A DNA stretch of 64,000 nucleotides, taken from contig NC_068983.1 of the NCBI RefSeq assembly GCF_001194135.2, forward strand, positions 80,545,335-80,609,334, read 5' to 3'. The translations under genes were made by a program, and so were the position numbers. This document shows, one piece after another, positions 47,063 through 61,814 of this stretch. Position 1 is the stretch's first letter. Every line of letters starts with the position of its first letter. The notes under the pieces are model-generated. The model searched no databases, was not told the origin of the DNA, and saw only the letters and a list, made by a program, of their open reading frames with translations. Source of the stretch: Octopus bimaculoides (lineage: Eukaryota).

Positions 47063-49354
47063 AACACTTATAATCTATATTATGAACAGATATTTCATAT
47101 TTCCATAAATCTTTCACTTTATTGTAAATTAGAGCAAGCATCTAGCTCAACTATATACATTTACTAATACAGGCTCTTATATTAACCTTACAATTGTTTA
47201 TATCTTCATATCAATAATTAATGTAATTCATTCTAAAATGAATAATAAACATTTGACTTTGTAGTGTAGAACAGAAATTAATTTCATAGATTTTGTTGTT
47301 TTATACAGAACAATTTATTATAGTTGATTTAGAAATGTATATTATTTACTAGAAAACTAGATTTATTTCTTGCTACCACTTCAATTTTATTTTCAACCCT
47401 CCTGTACCAAGCGTTCTTTGAGAGGTACATGCTGAACATTTCATATACTTTAATCATTTCTTCATTTAATAACTGTCTTTCTAACTAATGGCAATAGGCC
47501 TATTGCAGAGGAAAATGTAATATATATTGAGAATGGATGAAATGAAATTTAATCTAAAAGTTGTAGAACTAAAATTGTTATATCTTCCAATGAAAATTTA
47601 ATATTAGACAACAATTTATAAAATGCAATGAAAAGAAAAGAATATATTCTAAGTTTTTGTTGTTTATTAGAGAAAAGGAATATATAAAAGACATGAAGAG
47701 AATGAAAAGAAAAGGGGAGGTGTTGGTGAACATAGAGAAAGCAGTGAGAAATGATAGAAAACAATATTGAATTGTGAAAATGTGAAGGATGTTCAAATGA
47801 AATTTTATATGGGTTGATAAAATAATAATTCAGAGCCAAAAAATCAATTGCATACATTGAGGAGGTTGGAATGAAGGAATAAACAATATGTTGTACACTT
47901 AGAATATCAAAGTATTTTTAACAATGCAGCGGGGTTTTTTTTTTTTTTTTGCAGTTTTGTATAGCCGCTTAGTATTAGCTTTTTTTTTTATATTTTGTAG
48001 TTAATTATTACTTTCAGTCCTGAAAAAATGTTTAGTATAATTTCTCGTTTGATGCTTAATTAATTTTGTAGCTAGCTTGCTTTTTAGCATTTCTCTTATA
48101 TTTTAGTTACGTAGAATTATTTCTAACTAGATACTAACTGTTATCATCGAAAAAGTTAATATAATTTATAAAAAAACTGGTATTTATTTAATAGCATATA
48201 GCTGAAATTTGATCAGTTTCTGACAGGTAGTTAGAAAATATTTGTGCTATAATAATAATTAAAATATAAAAAAGATACTTCCATAGTGACTAATTAGAAT
48301 TTTATTTTCAACTGATAGTTTTATATTATTATAGAAGAGAATAATGTTAAATAGCCTCTTTCTGTTTTAAGTTCTGTAGATAGCACTAATAAACATTCAT
48401 TATGTTATAAGTAATTAATGTGATTTGAATTATCACTTTAGTGATAGTTCATTACTTGGTGATTCTGTAAATGTGTTGCTAATTAATATTTTTTCCAGCA
48501 TGAAAGATTAATTACTTGTGTTGTGTATTTATTACTAATTAGTAGATCTTTGATGATAAATATCCAATTTATCCATTTTAAAAATTTACATAATTAAGCA
48601 TTTCTTACATCTTCACAACTAAAAACGTTTATAATGTGAAGGTTAATCAATTTACCAATTAATAAGGTTTCTACATTGGATTACTATGTAAGCAGTAAGC
48701 AATACTGTTATCCTTGGTTGCAAACTAAAATATATATTCATTTCTTGTAAACAATGTACATTTTACTCCTGTGCTTTGACAACAGATATTGTAAGTCATA
48801 ATGCTACTAGCTTTTGAATTATATGAAGTCTATATGATGTAAATGTACATAAGTGTATGCATATATGATGTGTGTGTGTGTGCGCATGCATACGTGCACT
48901 CATGTGTGTATGAATATATGCACATCTGTATATCTATCTATCTATCTATCTATCTATCTAGTTATCTATCTATCTATCGATCTATCTATCTATCTATCTA
49001 TCTATACACACACATGTACACATACATATTTACATATATAATCATCAACATTGTCATCATCATCACAATCATCATTTTATTGCTGAGTTTTACATGCTTG
49101 CAGATGGAGTTTATTGAGGATTATTTTCTAAGGCTGGAGGCTCTTCCTGTTGCCAACTCTCACCAGTTTCTAAGGAAGTTAATATTTCACTATGGCCAGA
49201 AATGTAATTTTACTGAATATTGAAAATGAATGACACTGCTTGTATGACAGTAACATTCATTTACAGATATCACACAATGTCAAGTAAAGGAGATACAAAC
49301 ATACACATATTCCCACACACATACACATGCATACATATTTATGTATATGTATAT

Positions 49355-49515
49355 ACGATGGGCTTCTTTCAGTTTCCATCCACCAAATCCACTCACAAGG
49401 CTTTGGTTGGCTTGAAGTCACAATAGAAGATGTCTGTACAAGATTCCATGCAGTGGGACTGAACTTGAAACCATGTAGTTGGAAAGCAATCTTCTCATTC
49501 ATACAGTCATGCCTC
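49355..49515 (-). mobile_element. SINE family A, 5' half only
   Basis: GGGCTTCTTTCAGTTTCCATCCACCAAATCCACTCACAAGGCTTTGG...GCAGTGGGACTGAAC. Confidence 0.85.
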
Positions 49516-49534
49516 TGTGTGTATGTGTGAGTGC

Positions 49535-49581
<47 letters not shown>

Positions 49582-49614
49582 TGTAAAAGTGAGCCATTTT
49601 AACGATGCGTCCTG

Positions 49615-49790
49615 CCCTAACTCTTCGAAATGCCAGTGATAGAATGGTGGCAGCTGATGAAGGAAATGTTCTCTATGTGGCTTGTGTGTTTTCTGTACTC
49701 TGTTTATCATTTTGTCCACGTTTTTTTGCAACGTCCTGTACCCAGATATGCATCTATATATACAGGTAGATGTAGGTATGTACATACATG
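49615..49790 (+). repeat. Unclassified interspersed repeat, copy 2
   Basis: Homologous to 34520-34705 (CTTCGAAATGCC...GGCAGCTGATGAAGGAAA...CCTGTACCCAGATATGCATC). Confidence 0.8.
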
Positions 49791-50024
49791 CACGTATATA
49801 TGCATATACTCATTTATATATATATATNNNNNNNNNNNNNNNNNNNNNNNNNNNNNNNNNNNNNNNNNNNNNNNNNNNNNNNNNNNNNNNNNNNNNNNNN
49901 NNNNNNNNNNNNNNNNNNNNNNNNNNNNNNNNNNNNNNNNNNNNNNNNNNNNNNNNNNNNNNNNNNNNNNNNNNNNNNNNNNNNNNNNNNNNNNNNNNNN
50001 NNNNNNNNNNNNNNNNNNNNNATA

Positions 50025-50190
50025 TCACTCCCTGAGTGGTTGGCGTTAGGAAGGGCATCCAGCTGTAGAAACTCTGCCAAATTAGATTGGAGCCTGGTGT
50101 AGCCATCCGGTTGCACCAGTCCTCAGTCAAATCGTCCAACCCATGCTAGCATGGAAAGCGGACGTTAAACGATGATGATGATGATGATGA
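50025..50190 (+). mobile_element. RTE 3' end with (GAT)n tail
   Basis: GGAAGGGCATCCAGCTGTAGAAACTCTGCC...CCATGCTAGCATGGAAAGCGGACGTTAAAC(GAT)n, highly similar to 42659-42810. Confidence 0.9.
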
Positions 50191-51008
50191 TATCAATAAA
50201 TAGAAGTAAGAGGGTAAAAGAGAGAAAAAAAGAGAAAGAGAATAGCCTTTCTCCTTTCCCCTTTCATCCCTTCCCTTGTTTTCTCTCTGTCACACTTTGT
50301 CTCTCCCTTTCTCTTTTCCTCTTTTTCCTCTGCCTGCTGCTGACACATGACCAGTGGCCAGACCTCTTTCTTTCTCTCTCTTTTTAACAGTGGTTGTATA
50401 GCTGACAGGTTATGAATTTTGTGTCCCACTGACTTGCTAGTTGTTGTTTTCTAATCCTTCAGGATGCCTTCTAAGTGTTACTCACCATTCTTGTCTTTTT
50501 GGCTCTAAGACTATATTTTACTTGTTTCTTGTTTGTTTCATCTTTGTCCATCATCTTAGATTACATTTATTCACTTTTGTATGTCCACTCTATATTGTTT
50601 TAATTAATTGCTCTTGGTCCTAAATTCTCCTCAACTTTTGTAGGCACTGCCAGCATGGGAAGTTCTGTCTTATAATTGAGTAGTACCATTTGGTTGATAA
50701 CTGATGAAGAATTAGGGACCTTCTGTGTCTGTCTCCTGTCCGATTGTTCACTCAGTATATGTTGTACGTTTTTACCCTGTCATTCATTATAATACATTTT
50801 TCCATTTTTTCATTTATTAAGTAACAGAACGCAATGCACCCTNNNNNNNNNNNNNNNNNNNNNNNNNNNNNNNNNNNNNNNNNNNNNNNNNNNNNNNNNN
50901 NNNNNNNNNNNNNNNNNNNNNNNNNNNNNNNNNNNNNNNNNNNNNNNNNNNNNNNNNNNNNNNNNNNNNNNNNNNNNNNNNNNNNNNNNNNNNNNNNNNN
51001 NNNNNNNN

Positions 51009-51102
<94 letters not shown>

Positions 51103-52349
51103 ACTCTCCTTACAGCTCTCATTCATGGTGATCACTTCTCCTTTTTCCTGCCTCTAACTTTAAACCCTCTTTTACTTTTTTGTCAATTCCACCTACTGAT
51201 CTAACTTATACTGAATTTTGTTGTCATTTCTATATTGCTATCACAACTATAATTATAAAGAAATGAAAGAAATATTGTTCTTGTACATAACAAGGAGAAC
51301 AGATCAAAGTACTTTTGCATTTCCCTTCTTTATAACCTGTGATTTTTCTTATAAATTTTAAAAATTTATGTCTCTCTTTATATTGATATTTCTTTGAAAT
51401 GTTTTATAAGTTATTTCATTAATTTTAAATTTACTTTTTATATTTTCCTATTTTTATAAGATTTGATATTTCTTTAAAATTTAGAAAAAAACTACATTGT
51501 AGTCCTATATACACAAAAGATCAGACACACATGCATGCATACATATTCATGCACACACATGCATACACACACAATGTATATATATTGCATATTGCATAAA
51601 ATAGAAGGAAACTACTCAGAAGATGCTATTTCTCCCCCTCTTTTTTTAATGATCCATGTATTAAAATATGTAAACACCAACTTAGCTGTTTTCATGTACA
51701 TGACATTTTTTAATTATTTCAAAGCTGTAAGGCAATTACTTACTATGTATCTGCTTGGCCCTTTTTCCTTTCAATTTTGAGTTATCCAGTTTAAAACCTT
51801 AAGATTAACATAGTTAATGAGATTGGAAAATTTTCTCAAAATTTATAATAGTTGATAAAATAGGATAAAAAGCATATTTCAAGAATTTAGAAATTATTGA
51901 TTTCAACTCCTAAAAATATTATGTGTATAGCTACACATATGCATTGTGTACATACATGCATGTATGCATACACGCCTAATACATACATGCATAATACATA
52001 TCTACAAACATACATACATACATACATACATACATACTTATTTAATCAATGTAAGTATCCATGTAAAGCTGGTAAGTCATGACAGACTGATAAAGGTATG
52101 TAATAACCCTTATGTAAAATAAATAAAAGATTAACAAAAAAGAAACTAAAAAGAAGAGAATGAAAGAGGAAGATATGCAGATAAAGAGCAGTTAAATGCT
52201 TGTGTTAAACTCTTCATAGCCTCTGGGTATTATACTGTCTTATTTATAGTTGGTGAAAATAAATTGCACCTCCAACCTTGGTAGCCATTTTAAGACTAGT
52301 CTATAAATGCCATTTTCTCTCTCAGACTGGTAGTTTTAGCACTGGAACA

Positions 52350-52760
52350 ATAATCTTTAAGGTTTTCATGCCCTTTTCATGATAAAATATAATTCAATGG
52401 AATATAGCCCATTTCAACAAAGTCTTTGTTAACCTTGCTGAATATTTGATACTTTTCATACATTGATAGTTTTTCTTGAGATAATGGAAGATTAAATTCT
52501 GATAGTTTATTTCTTGATTGATTCTTCCAAAATATGTTTTCCCCCCTTGACTAATTATGTTTTTGTTGAGATTTGACTTGTCAAAAATGTGGAATTTAGT
52601 CTATATCAATTATTTCTTTTTATACTCCTTCTTTTGCTAGTTCATCTGCTTTCCTGTCTGCTATAATATCTGTATGATAGGTTTCCAAATCCTTGTTACT
52701 TGCTCATGCAGTTTCTGTTAAATAATTAATTTTACAATCCTCTCAATATTTTCAAGCTGA
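52350..52760 (-). mobile_element. Possible RNase H-containing retroelement remnant
   Basis: Minus strand 52625-52692 encodes YHTDIIADRKADELAKEG, resembling the RNase H C-terminal motif HxGIxGNExADxLAKxG; the surrounding frame has many stops. Confidence 0.45.
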
Positions 52761-53742
52761 CCTCTTTTCCTTTACATACAAGCATACATACATACATACA
52801 TACATACATACATTTTCACATAGTAATTGTAATACTATATTTTGTATTTATATTTTTTAAACAATTTCTTTCCAAAAAAAAAAAAAAAATGTGAAATCCT
52901 AGCAGTAATTATTAACAATAATTTGTTAAAATGTTTGGCATTGTTTGCTGACAAACATGAGAAAGTCTTGAATGTAACATTTACAATTTATTGTTAGGTG
53001 GTCTCTATGATGACTTAGGTTGAAGAGGAATAAATACTGGACATTGAATTGACTAAATAATGATACTTTTCTGTTGAGATATTTTAGACAAAATGAAAAC
53101 ATCCAAACATAGTTAATAAAGCTGATATAATTCTTACTGCAAGGAATAAATCTGAATGGAAATTACAGTTAGGGAAGTTTAAAAGAAAATGCTTTTAATG
53201 TTATAAGAATCCTTCCGAAGAAGAGATTAAATGGGATAATTAATACAGCATAGATATATACAAATGTTAAATTTCTACATATCCTTTTAATGCATTTATG
53301 TTGCTCACAACATTGGATGGAGAAAGTAAATTTCTGATGTTGAATATGATATTGATTGCAACATTATTCCACAAAATATCTCCCATTATGTTTTGTATTT
53401 CAAAAAGTTCAAACACATCTTGCATATTAAATAACATAACTGGGATTTAAGTTTTGCTTATCAGTTCTGAATCATTTTGAATTAAATCAATTTTCTATTA
53501 TATTTATAAGCATGCTTATTGTAAGCACTTACACATAGATACAGAGACACAAATACACATTTGTGCAAATATATACATACACATATATGTGTGTATAATA
53601 TGTACACACACTTACACACACACATACATAATTTTTTTAATCAAATACGTCTGAAAGAAAAGCCAATCCCCATTTATATATAAACTTTTATACATTTGTA
53701 CATGCACATGCAAATATGTATGTGTGTGTATATATGTGTGTA

Positions 53743-53782
<40 letters not shown>

Positions 53783-53786
53783 TGTT

Positions 53787-53832
<46 letters not shown>

Positions 53833-54009
53833 CATATGTGTATTTCACTTTATTCAGACTTGAAGACTGTTTGCAACACACATAAATTTGCAAGAAATTT
53901 CCTACCCTTTCCCCAGAAATAGGTTAGAAATTTCATGTAATATTTTTACATAATTTTGGATTATGGCTTTAAAATACAACATAGACATTTTGTTGTGTTC
54001 TTGTAACAG

Positions 54010-54091
54010 ATGCCTTATTCCACATACTCCAATCTACCTGAGTGATGTATTAATAGCAGTTTCATCTTATACTAAGTTGATGTGTGAGGAA
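54010..54091 (+). CDS. Candidate internal exon, product unidentified
   Basis: TTTTGTTGTGTTCTTGTAACAG| acceptor, GAA|GTGCGT donor, open frame CLIPHTPIYLSDVLIAVSSYTKLMCEE (phase 2 to 0). Confidence 0.2.
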
Positions 54092-54192
54092 GTGCGTGCA
54101 TGTAAAACATTTTCTCAGAGAATTGTCTAGATTTTATAATGCAAATATATATACATGTGTGTGTATAATATACACATATATGTAGTATATAT

Positions 54193-54231
<39 letters not shown>

Positions 54232-55149
54232 CACATGCATGCATTTATTTATGCATCTGTGTGTGTGTGTGTGTTATAAATGTATACATATATGTAGTAT
54301 ACACACACAGACACACATATATAAAATAGAAAATATGCTGAAAGTTAAAAACAAAAAACAACCACAAAAACAAATATATTAATTCAAATACTCATTAATT
54401 GAGGAGTAAAGGGAAATGTGGAAATAACAGAAAACTTATCAGTTTAAGAACATCTAAAGTATTCTGAAGCTGTTATTTGGTTTTTTAAAACATTTCACAA
54501 CTGCTATCTTTTAGATATTTCATGGTGATTCTTTGTTTAATGGCTTAAAACAAAATCTCAGTGAGCAGAAATACTTTCATGGTATGCTTGTTTCATCCCA
54601 CTGTCTATCCATTGATAGACTTGCACATCTAAACCAAAACACTGGTTAATTTATTATGTAAGTTATTATAATAAATAAAGCAACATGGTCAAGTAGTTAG
54701 GATGTTGAGTCCATGATTGTAAGGTCTCTCGAGAGTTTAATTCCTAGGCTGAGCATTGTATTGTGTCCTTGAGTGAGGCACTTCATTTCACATTGCTCTG
54801 GTTTACTCAGTAGAAAATGAGTACCAACTGAATACTACTGTTGTTCTTTCTCTCTCCAGTTGTAACATCCTTGGTGTTCTACTGAGTTAAGAGTGGAATG
54901 ACTGAGAGCAGATGTTGTTGTCTGCTCATGACTACACAGGTATCTACAACATCTAGTGAAAGTACAATACAAGCTACCACTGGTGACTTACTCTTCTCTA
55001 TTATTCATCACAGAACTCCTGCCTTAAAGAAATTTGGTGAAAATAATGACCATGTTTTGTATGCATATTTCTTCTTAAAACTAATCAATTATGTGACCCT
55101 TCCATCTCTCATCCTTTATTTTGGTAGCTTCCTATCAGTTCAAATTATC

Positions 55150-56120
55150 ATTAAATGTGCTGTCTGAAGTGCCTATGTCAGTCATTCTGTCAACTTCACT
55201 ATGCCCCAGGGTTCAGTTTTGTCACCTACTCTCAACTTTATATAAATGACTTACTTGTTGCCCCAACCAGCAGATGTAGATGGCCCTATCTTCGATACCT
55301 TGCTAACATTCTCCAACCATGCATCATCCACATGCAGTCTAGACACTGCATGTCAAATCTGCATTGACTACATTGACTACAAGATCTTCCATTGAGGATG
55401 TACTGATCTTGTCTCTTTCAGTAACAAGAAAACACAAACACATATCAAGAAAACATCATTGCACTGCACACCCCTTAATCAGGAGTGATACTTAATCAGA
55501 AGCTTCACAATCACTCCAATGATTGGGTCTCACTGTCACTGAATATCTCTTCTGGCAAAATCATATCTTTAATATAGCTAGCACCACATCCCAACAACTG
55601 ACTTTTCTCTTCTTGTCCTGAGGATACTTCAGTGCCCAATGATAATTCAAACTCTATGAAATTCTGGTGTGATCCACAATCAATACTGCTTTTACACTTG
55701 AAATATTGTCATTACTGATGCATACATAAATATCCTAGACTGCATCCAGAAAAGACCACCTGATTGATTAGTATGAAGTTAGTCACATACATGCTCCAAG
55801 CTTTGGTCTCAGGTATGTTGCTGTGTCTCTCTGCTTGTTCTACCATTACCATAATAGTGCTGGCTAAACTCAGACCACTCCAGCACTCCTATCTTACTTG
55901 TCTTTCCTCCTCTCATCACTCTTGTGTCCAATCCCCAAAGCCAAAATGTGAACCATTATTCCCAATCCTTTCTTTCAAGAATGTCATCCCTCTGTAATTC
56001 CATATTAGCTCTGTCATTCCTGCAGATGTCAACTTACAACGGTTCATGAGGAGCATTAACGACATCAATCTCACTAATCTAGGACAACCTGTCAATGCCA
56101 TGAACATTGTCTCTTCCTTC
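55150..56120 (+). mobile_element. CR1/L2-group LINE, RT domain to 3' end, decayed
   Basis: PQGSVLSPTL plus LYINDLL (RT motif GVPQGSVLSPxLFxLYINDL), ILDCIQKR, AVSLCLFYHYHN and NHYSQSFLSRMSSL; many frameshifts. Confidence 0.8.
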
Positions 56121-57437
56121 AAATCCAGCAAGTAAATAAGAAAATTCCAAGAAACTGAATAACAAGCTAATAAACAAGATATTATTCCATCAAAATGATG
56201 TCCCTACCAATGAAAACTTTTGTTGTATAATTGCACAAAGCCATAAATTTCTACATTTTGGGGTAAAGGTGAATAAATTGATCTTAGTATACTATTGCAC
56301 TTAAAAATGAAAGAGAAAGCAAAATCTAGTGCGATTTGAACTGAGAGAATTCACGCAAGAAATTAAATACCCAGGATCTGTTTTGTCAGGCATTCTACCT
56401 TTACCGACATGCCCACTTCTAAATTATTAAGTACATCACAACGATATAATCAATATTACTTTCTTCATTTTTAAAGTATGTAAAATTATGTTCAGGTGTT
56501 ATGAAGAAGATAATACATATGCACAACATGGAAACTCAATTCAGATAAAAGTATATTTATTATGATTAAGAAAAATTGAAATGTTTTACATGAACAAATA
56601 TTGAATTATATTCAGAATTATCGAATTATATATGTAAAACTAAGCAGTAAACATTTTTTGCTTTCATTTTTAATTATTTTCTAATAATGAATTCAAATTA
56701 TTTCTAAGTATTCTGATTTCTATTAATGATAGCTCTGAATTGTGTGTGATCTTAATGGTGTAGAATCTTATAATAAACAAAGCTTGGGCATATTAGTTTG
56801 TTGTGAGAAGGAACTAAAGTTTAAGCATGTATCACAAAATAATCTGTGAGACATTTATAGAGAAGATTTACTGTAAAACTAAGTTGCTTTGTTAAAAAAT
56901 AAATTTTTATTGTAATATTTTTAATCATAAACTTTCTAAATCAACAACTGTCTTGACCTTAATTGAAACTATGAAAATAATTGTTTGTTTTATTGTTGGA
57001 CTTGACAGATGTTTAACAAAATTATGAAAAGTTTATCTCATATACTGTACAACATGACTGAATGTAAACATATATGTCTGCATTTATAATGATCTAAAAT
57101 AATATTTATATTAAGGTATAATTCTAGTATGTAACACAGAAACTAATTCACCCTTTAGATTAAGTAGCAAGAGAAGATATTAAAAAAAAAAAAAAACATT
57201 ATCGAAAGTAAAATTACTTGTAGAAATCTGTTTATAAATTCATAGAAATTTGACTACATAGTTACTGATCTATGTAATTATCTTCCAACCTATCTATCTT
57301 ACATTCATCCTTCATTTTCAAAAGATGACCAAAACTCCACCTCATACACCACAACAATGGAGAATGCAGCTGTGCAGGCAACTGAAGATTAATTATTTCT
57401 TCCACCTGTACTACACATTCTGTGTAATGGAACTTAC

Positions 57438-57506
57438 AAAAATGGTGGTATTTCACTGTTATAGATGTAAATGATGCTTTAATTCCTACAATCAAGGGTC
57501 TCTTGT
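57438..57506 (-). CDS. Candidate symmetric 69-nt exon, product unidentified
   Basis: Minus strand: acceptor CCCTTCCTCCCTACTTTTTTTGATTAACAG|, donor TTT|GTAAGT; the only open frame is KRPLIVGIKASFTSITVKYHHF (phase 1 to 1). Confidence 0.25.
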
Positions 57507-59070
57507 CTGTTAATCAAAAAAAGTAGGGAGGAAGGGCCATGTTGAAAAACCAACCTTACTTGTTCATCCCTAAATTTGTGTACATGTGGTAAGGCTGCTA
57601 AGATGACTGGGTGTATATCAGAAATGCTGTAGAATGACCAGGATGAACTGTGTTTCTCATTGTCTTACAATAATATTGCTAGATATCAACTTTTAGCTCT
57701 TTGGAATAAGTGGATGAAAGGGTTCCCTTTAAGCAAGTCACCAAAAATTCAGTCTTTTTATGTATCTTAAGCTTTTTACGTTATATATGCTGTGTGTGTG
57801 GTTGTTTAGCTAGCTGTTCATCTGCTTGTTATGTTTTTGTTTTTGCTTCTGTTGATGGTGGTTGTGCTATATTATTGTTGAACCTGAGATAAGTCATGAC
57901 AGAACTGATCTATGTTCAAAGGCATTCCAGTTGTAACCACCCTGCCTTATTTTTAAAGCTGGTTGGGTATAATTGGTGAGAGATTTGGCTGCCATTTCTA
58001 GCAGGGTAGACAATCATATAAAGGATCCATTATTAGCTCAAATGGCAATGTTATTTGTTATATATGTCTTTAAGGAGAATAAAATATCAATTGTGACACT
58101 CATTTCTCAAAAAATTTACCAATATATAGAATAATGTTGATTTAGAATTGGATTTAGTTTGTTGAGAAATTAATACTGCAACACCTGATCAAAAGTGTAG
58201 CTTTCACTCCCATTCCAGTACCCCAAAATATTTTTTCCACAAAATTTAAAGAAATTTTTTTTAAGCTACTTAAACCACCTATGTGGTTTTGGGGTTCTAT
58301 CTCACTGTGTAACACCTTGGGTAAGTACTTTCTGCTGGAATTTGATAGCTGGAAACTGTATGAAAGTCCATAGGAGGTACACTGTTTGTTGGCGGTAGAC
58401 TTAATCCATTGCTTACTTTAATGTAACTATCTAGCCTGTGGGTGCCTTTAGCAAAATCTACTCTTTTGCAAGCATTCAGTTCAGGTCTCTATTCTGAGAG
58501 TTACTTCTTCTCTTCTTACCACCTACCTCTGAGACCTTTCTTTCTCTGGCAAAGTCAAAAAACTAAATTAAGAAGAAAATATGTTAATTAAGCAATTTGT
58601 TAAGACATTCAGTGTTTTCTTTCATGATTCTCTTTCATACCAATATCTGTGACACAAATACCTTAATGATAAAACATTTCAAGTTTTTTGATATCTTATT
58701 ATAAGAGTATTGTTATCATTATGATATCATTACCTTATAAAGTTTCTGAGGCACTGAAAATTCAAAGCTTTGTTTTAACATCCATTGTATTCAAATGTAT
58801 TCAATATCCTCATCTTTCTTTAGTTTTGTGCACTGAGTTCATATGCACTAAGAATCACATGTGTGAATCTGTTCATATACACTAAGAATCTATGTGTAAA
58901 CCATGTCACTTAGCAAAATTGCAAACAGAAACTAGAGAGGATGTTTCCAAACTGCACTCTGTCATACATTGATTTAAGATTAACTCTTGCAATCCATTCT
59001 TAATTCTGGAAGAATCATGACAGAATGATGCAGGCAAAGGATATATGGTGTATAAGAATATATATATGTA

Positions 59071-59124
<54 letters not shown>

Positions 59125-60676
59125 TCCGTTCATAAACACCACACAAACATACCAAATTTTAACACATTTGTGAGTGTGCACATATATACATATTCACACA
59201 CACTTACATATATGCATACGTGTATGTGTGTTATTTCTTTTATGTGTTTTGGAGAAGTTCCAATGTTTTAAATCAAAAATTTTCTTAAGAAATTCTGAAG
59301 AAAAAATTCTTCACTCTACACTCTATATATTGAGTCCTTCAGTGTCTGATAAGGCTAATTAATCTTCAGATTATGACAACCAATGAAAAATATATATATA
59401 TTTATTAGACTCAGACTGAGGTCATTCTTCAGTGTGAAATGTACAAGGCATCAAGCTTCCTTCAGTGTGCTCAACCTGGCACAGTTCTTCCCACATATGT
59501 CCAACTGGTTCTCATGTATTTGAAATCTTCCTGAAATATCCAGTGCCACGTGTTTCAGGGACAGTCCTTATTCCTGTCTTCCATTTTCTGATGTCCCCTT
59601 TTTTTTAGTATAGACTAAGGTTCTGACGTCCTCTTCTTTTTAGTATAAGACTAAGGAATAAAAAGTATCAATAAATGTAACCTAGAAGATAAATCTCAGT
59701 TTTCTGTACTTATTTTCAAACTTCATAAAATAAGTCAACAAATAAATAAATAGAAGTAAAAATCAATATTAAGAAACTTACTGTTAATTCTCAGATATAA
59801 CTTATGTTGTAGTGTAATCATGATATATTGTTCAGTTTCAAAGTCTGATTTTAATCAAATAGTTTATTGTAAAACATAGTTAATATGCTTTGAGATTTTC
59901 TTACTTGACTCAACATATCATTAATTAGAACAAATAATATTTTCTTTATTTTATTCAATGTTTTTTTTTTTTCTTCTGAAAGTTTAAATCATTTCATAAA
60001 ATTCTTTTAATGATTTCTTATGATATTCATTCTAATAATCTTGTAAGTTTTAATCTGAAATTATTCTTAAACTACTGTTTATTCAACTAAGGAAATAAAC
60101 ATGTAAGGAAACAAAGATATTAAAACAATATATAATCATTTCATACAAGATTTTCAAAGTCATAAAATATAAATACAAATATAGCCTGCCTGAAGGTACT
60201 TATTTGTTAACTGATGTTGTTACAAAGGGTTTTGTACTTCAACTGTAACTCTAGTGTACCCATATATTAAATGTTAATTGTTGTGGATTAAAAGGATTGA
60301 TTTTTAGGTCTTCAAACATTTGAGACAAGCTTTTGGCTAAGACTCAATATAGATAGTGAACTCTAAGAAATATAACGTTTAGACATATATATTTGGTGCA
60401 CTGTGCTGAAGTATTTCTATATTATGTAGTGCCTACGGGCTTTTTAAGATTTTCGCAATTGGAAGATTAGGACACAGGAATAACAATTATGCTAAGAATG
60501 AATACTTTGAATTGTTGTAAATGGGAAGGAAGATATGTGCTGCAGTGAGATATTTCTAGGGATATACTGTGACCTCTGGAGAAATAAGTGCATTAAGTAG
60601 ATGTGGATTGTGATGACATAAAAATTAGAAGTTCAAGGAAGTGGCACTCACTGTAGCAGCAGCAGCAAAAGTAGAG

Positions 60677-60729
<53 letters not shown>
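60677..60729. repeat. (TAG)n trinucleotide microsatellite
   Basis: About 17 perfect GTA units seen directly. Confidence 0.97.
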
Positions 60730-61814
60730 TAAAAAAAGGAATATGCAAAAGAAATTTAGTGCACAAAAAAATTTAATTACTCAAGAATGTTTATGATTGG
60801 AAGATTTCCTATTAAATGAGTAGCATTTTCTTAGACATAATCTAGAATATATGTCTAGGCATGTGAAATACATCTTGTTATGAAGCATATTTCATCTCTT
60901 ATAAAATGTTATAAAGTTTTCAAATGCTGATTTTGACGTCTAAATGGAGATGTTGCCTTTGTAATCTAACACATACACATACTGATATGTATATATATAT
61001 ATATATATNNNNNNNNNNNNNNNNNNNNNNNNNNNNNNNNNNNNNNNNNNNNNNNNNNNNNNNNNNNNNNNNNNNNNNNNNNNNNNNNNNNNNNNNNNNN
61101 NNNNNNNNNNNNNNNNNNNNNNNNNNNNNNNNNNNNNNNNNNNNNNNNNNNNNNNNNNNNNNNNNNNNNNNNNNNNNNNNNNNNNNNNNNNNNNNNNNNN
61201 NNNNNNNNNNNNNNNNNNNNNNNNNNNNNNNNNNNNNNNNNNNNNNNNNNNNNNNNNNNNNNNNNNNNNNNNNNNNNNNNNNNNNNNNNNNNNNNNNNNN
61301 NNNNNNNNNNNNNNNNNNNNNNNNNNNNNNNNNNNNNNNNNNNNNNNNNNNNNNNNNNNNNNNNNNNNNNNNNNNNNNNNNNNNNNNNNNNNNNNNNNNN
61401 NNNNNNNNNNNNNNNNNNNNNNNNNNNNNNNNNNNNNNNNNNNNNNNNNNNNNNNNNNNNNNNNNNNNNNNNNNNNNNNNNNNNNNNNNNNNNNNNNNNN
61501 NNNNNNNNNNNNNNNNNNNNNNNNNNNNNNNNNNNNNNNNNNNNNNNNNNNNNNNNNNNNNNNNNNNNNNNNNNNNNNNNNNNNNNNNNNNNNNNNNNNN
61601 NNNNNNNNNNNNNNNNNNNNNNNNNNNNNNNNNNNNNNNNNNNNNNNNNNNNNNNNNNNNNNNNNNNNNNNNNNNNNNNNNNNNNNNNNNNNNNNNNNNN
61701 NNNNNNNNNNNNNNNNNNNNNNNNNNNNNNNNNNNNNNNNNNNNNNNNNNNNNNNTATATATATATATATATATATGTGTATGTATATGTATGTATATAT
61801 GCATATATATGCGT

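Larger units (their letters stand above)
6990..61755. other. Nine assembly gaps (N runs)
   Basis: About 6990-7141, 23288-23518, 30426-31109, 34836-35044, 41099-41745, 42561-42570, 49828-50020, 50843-51008 and 61009-61755. All touch a microsatellite on at least one side. Confidence 0.98.
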
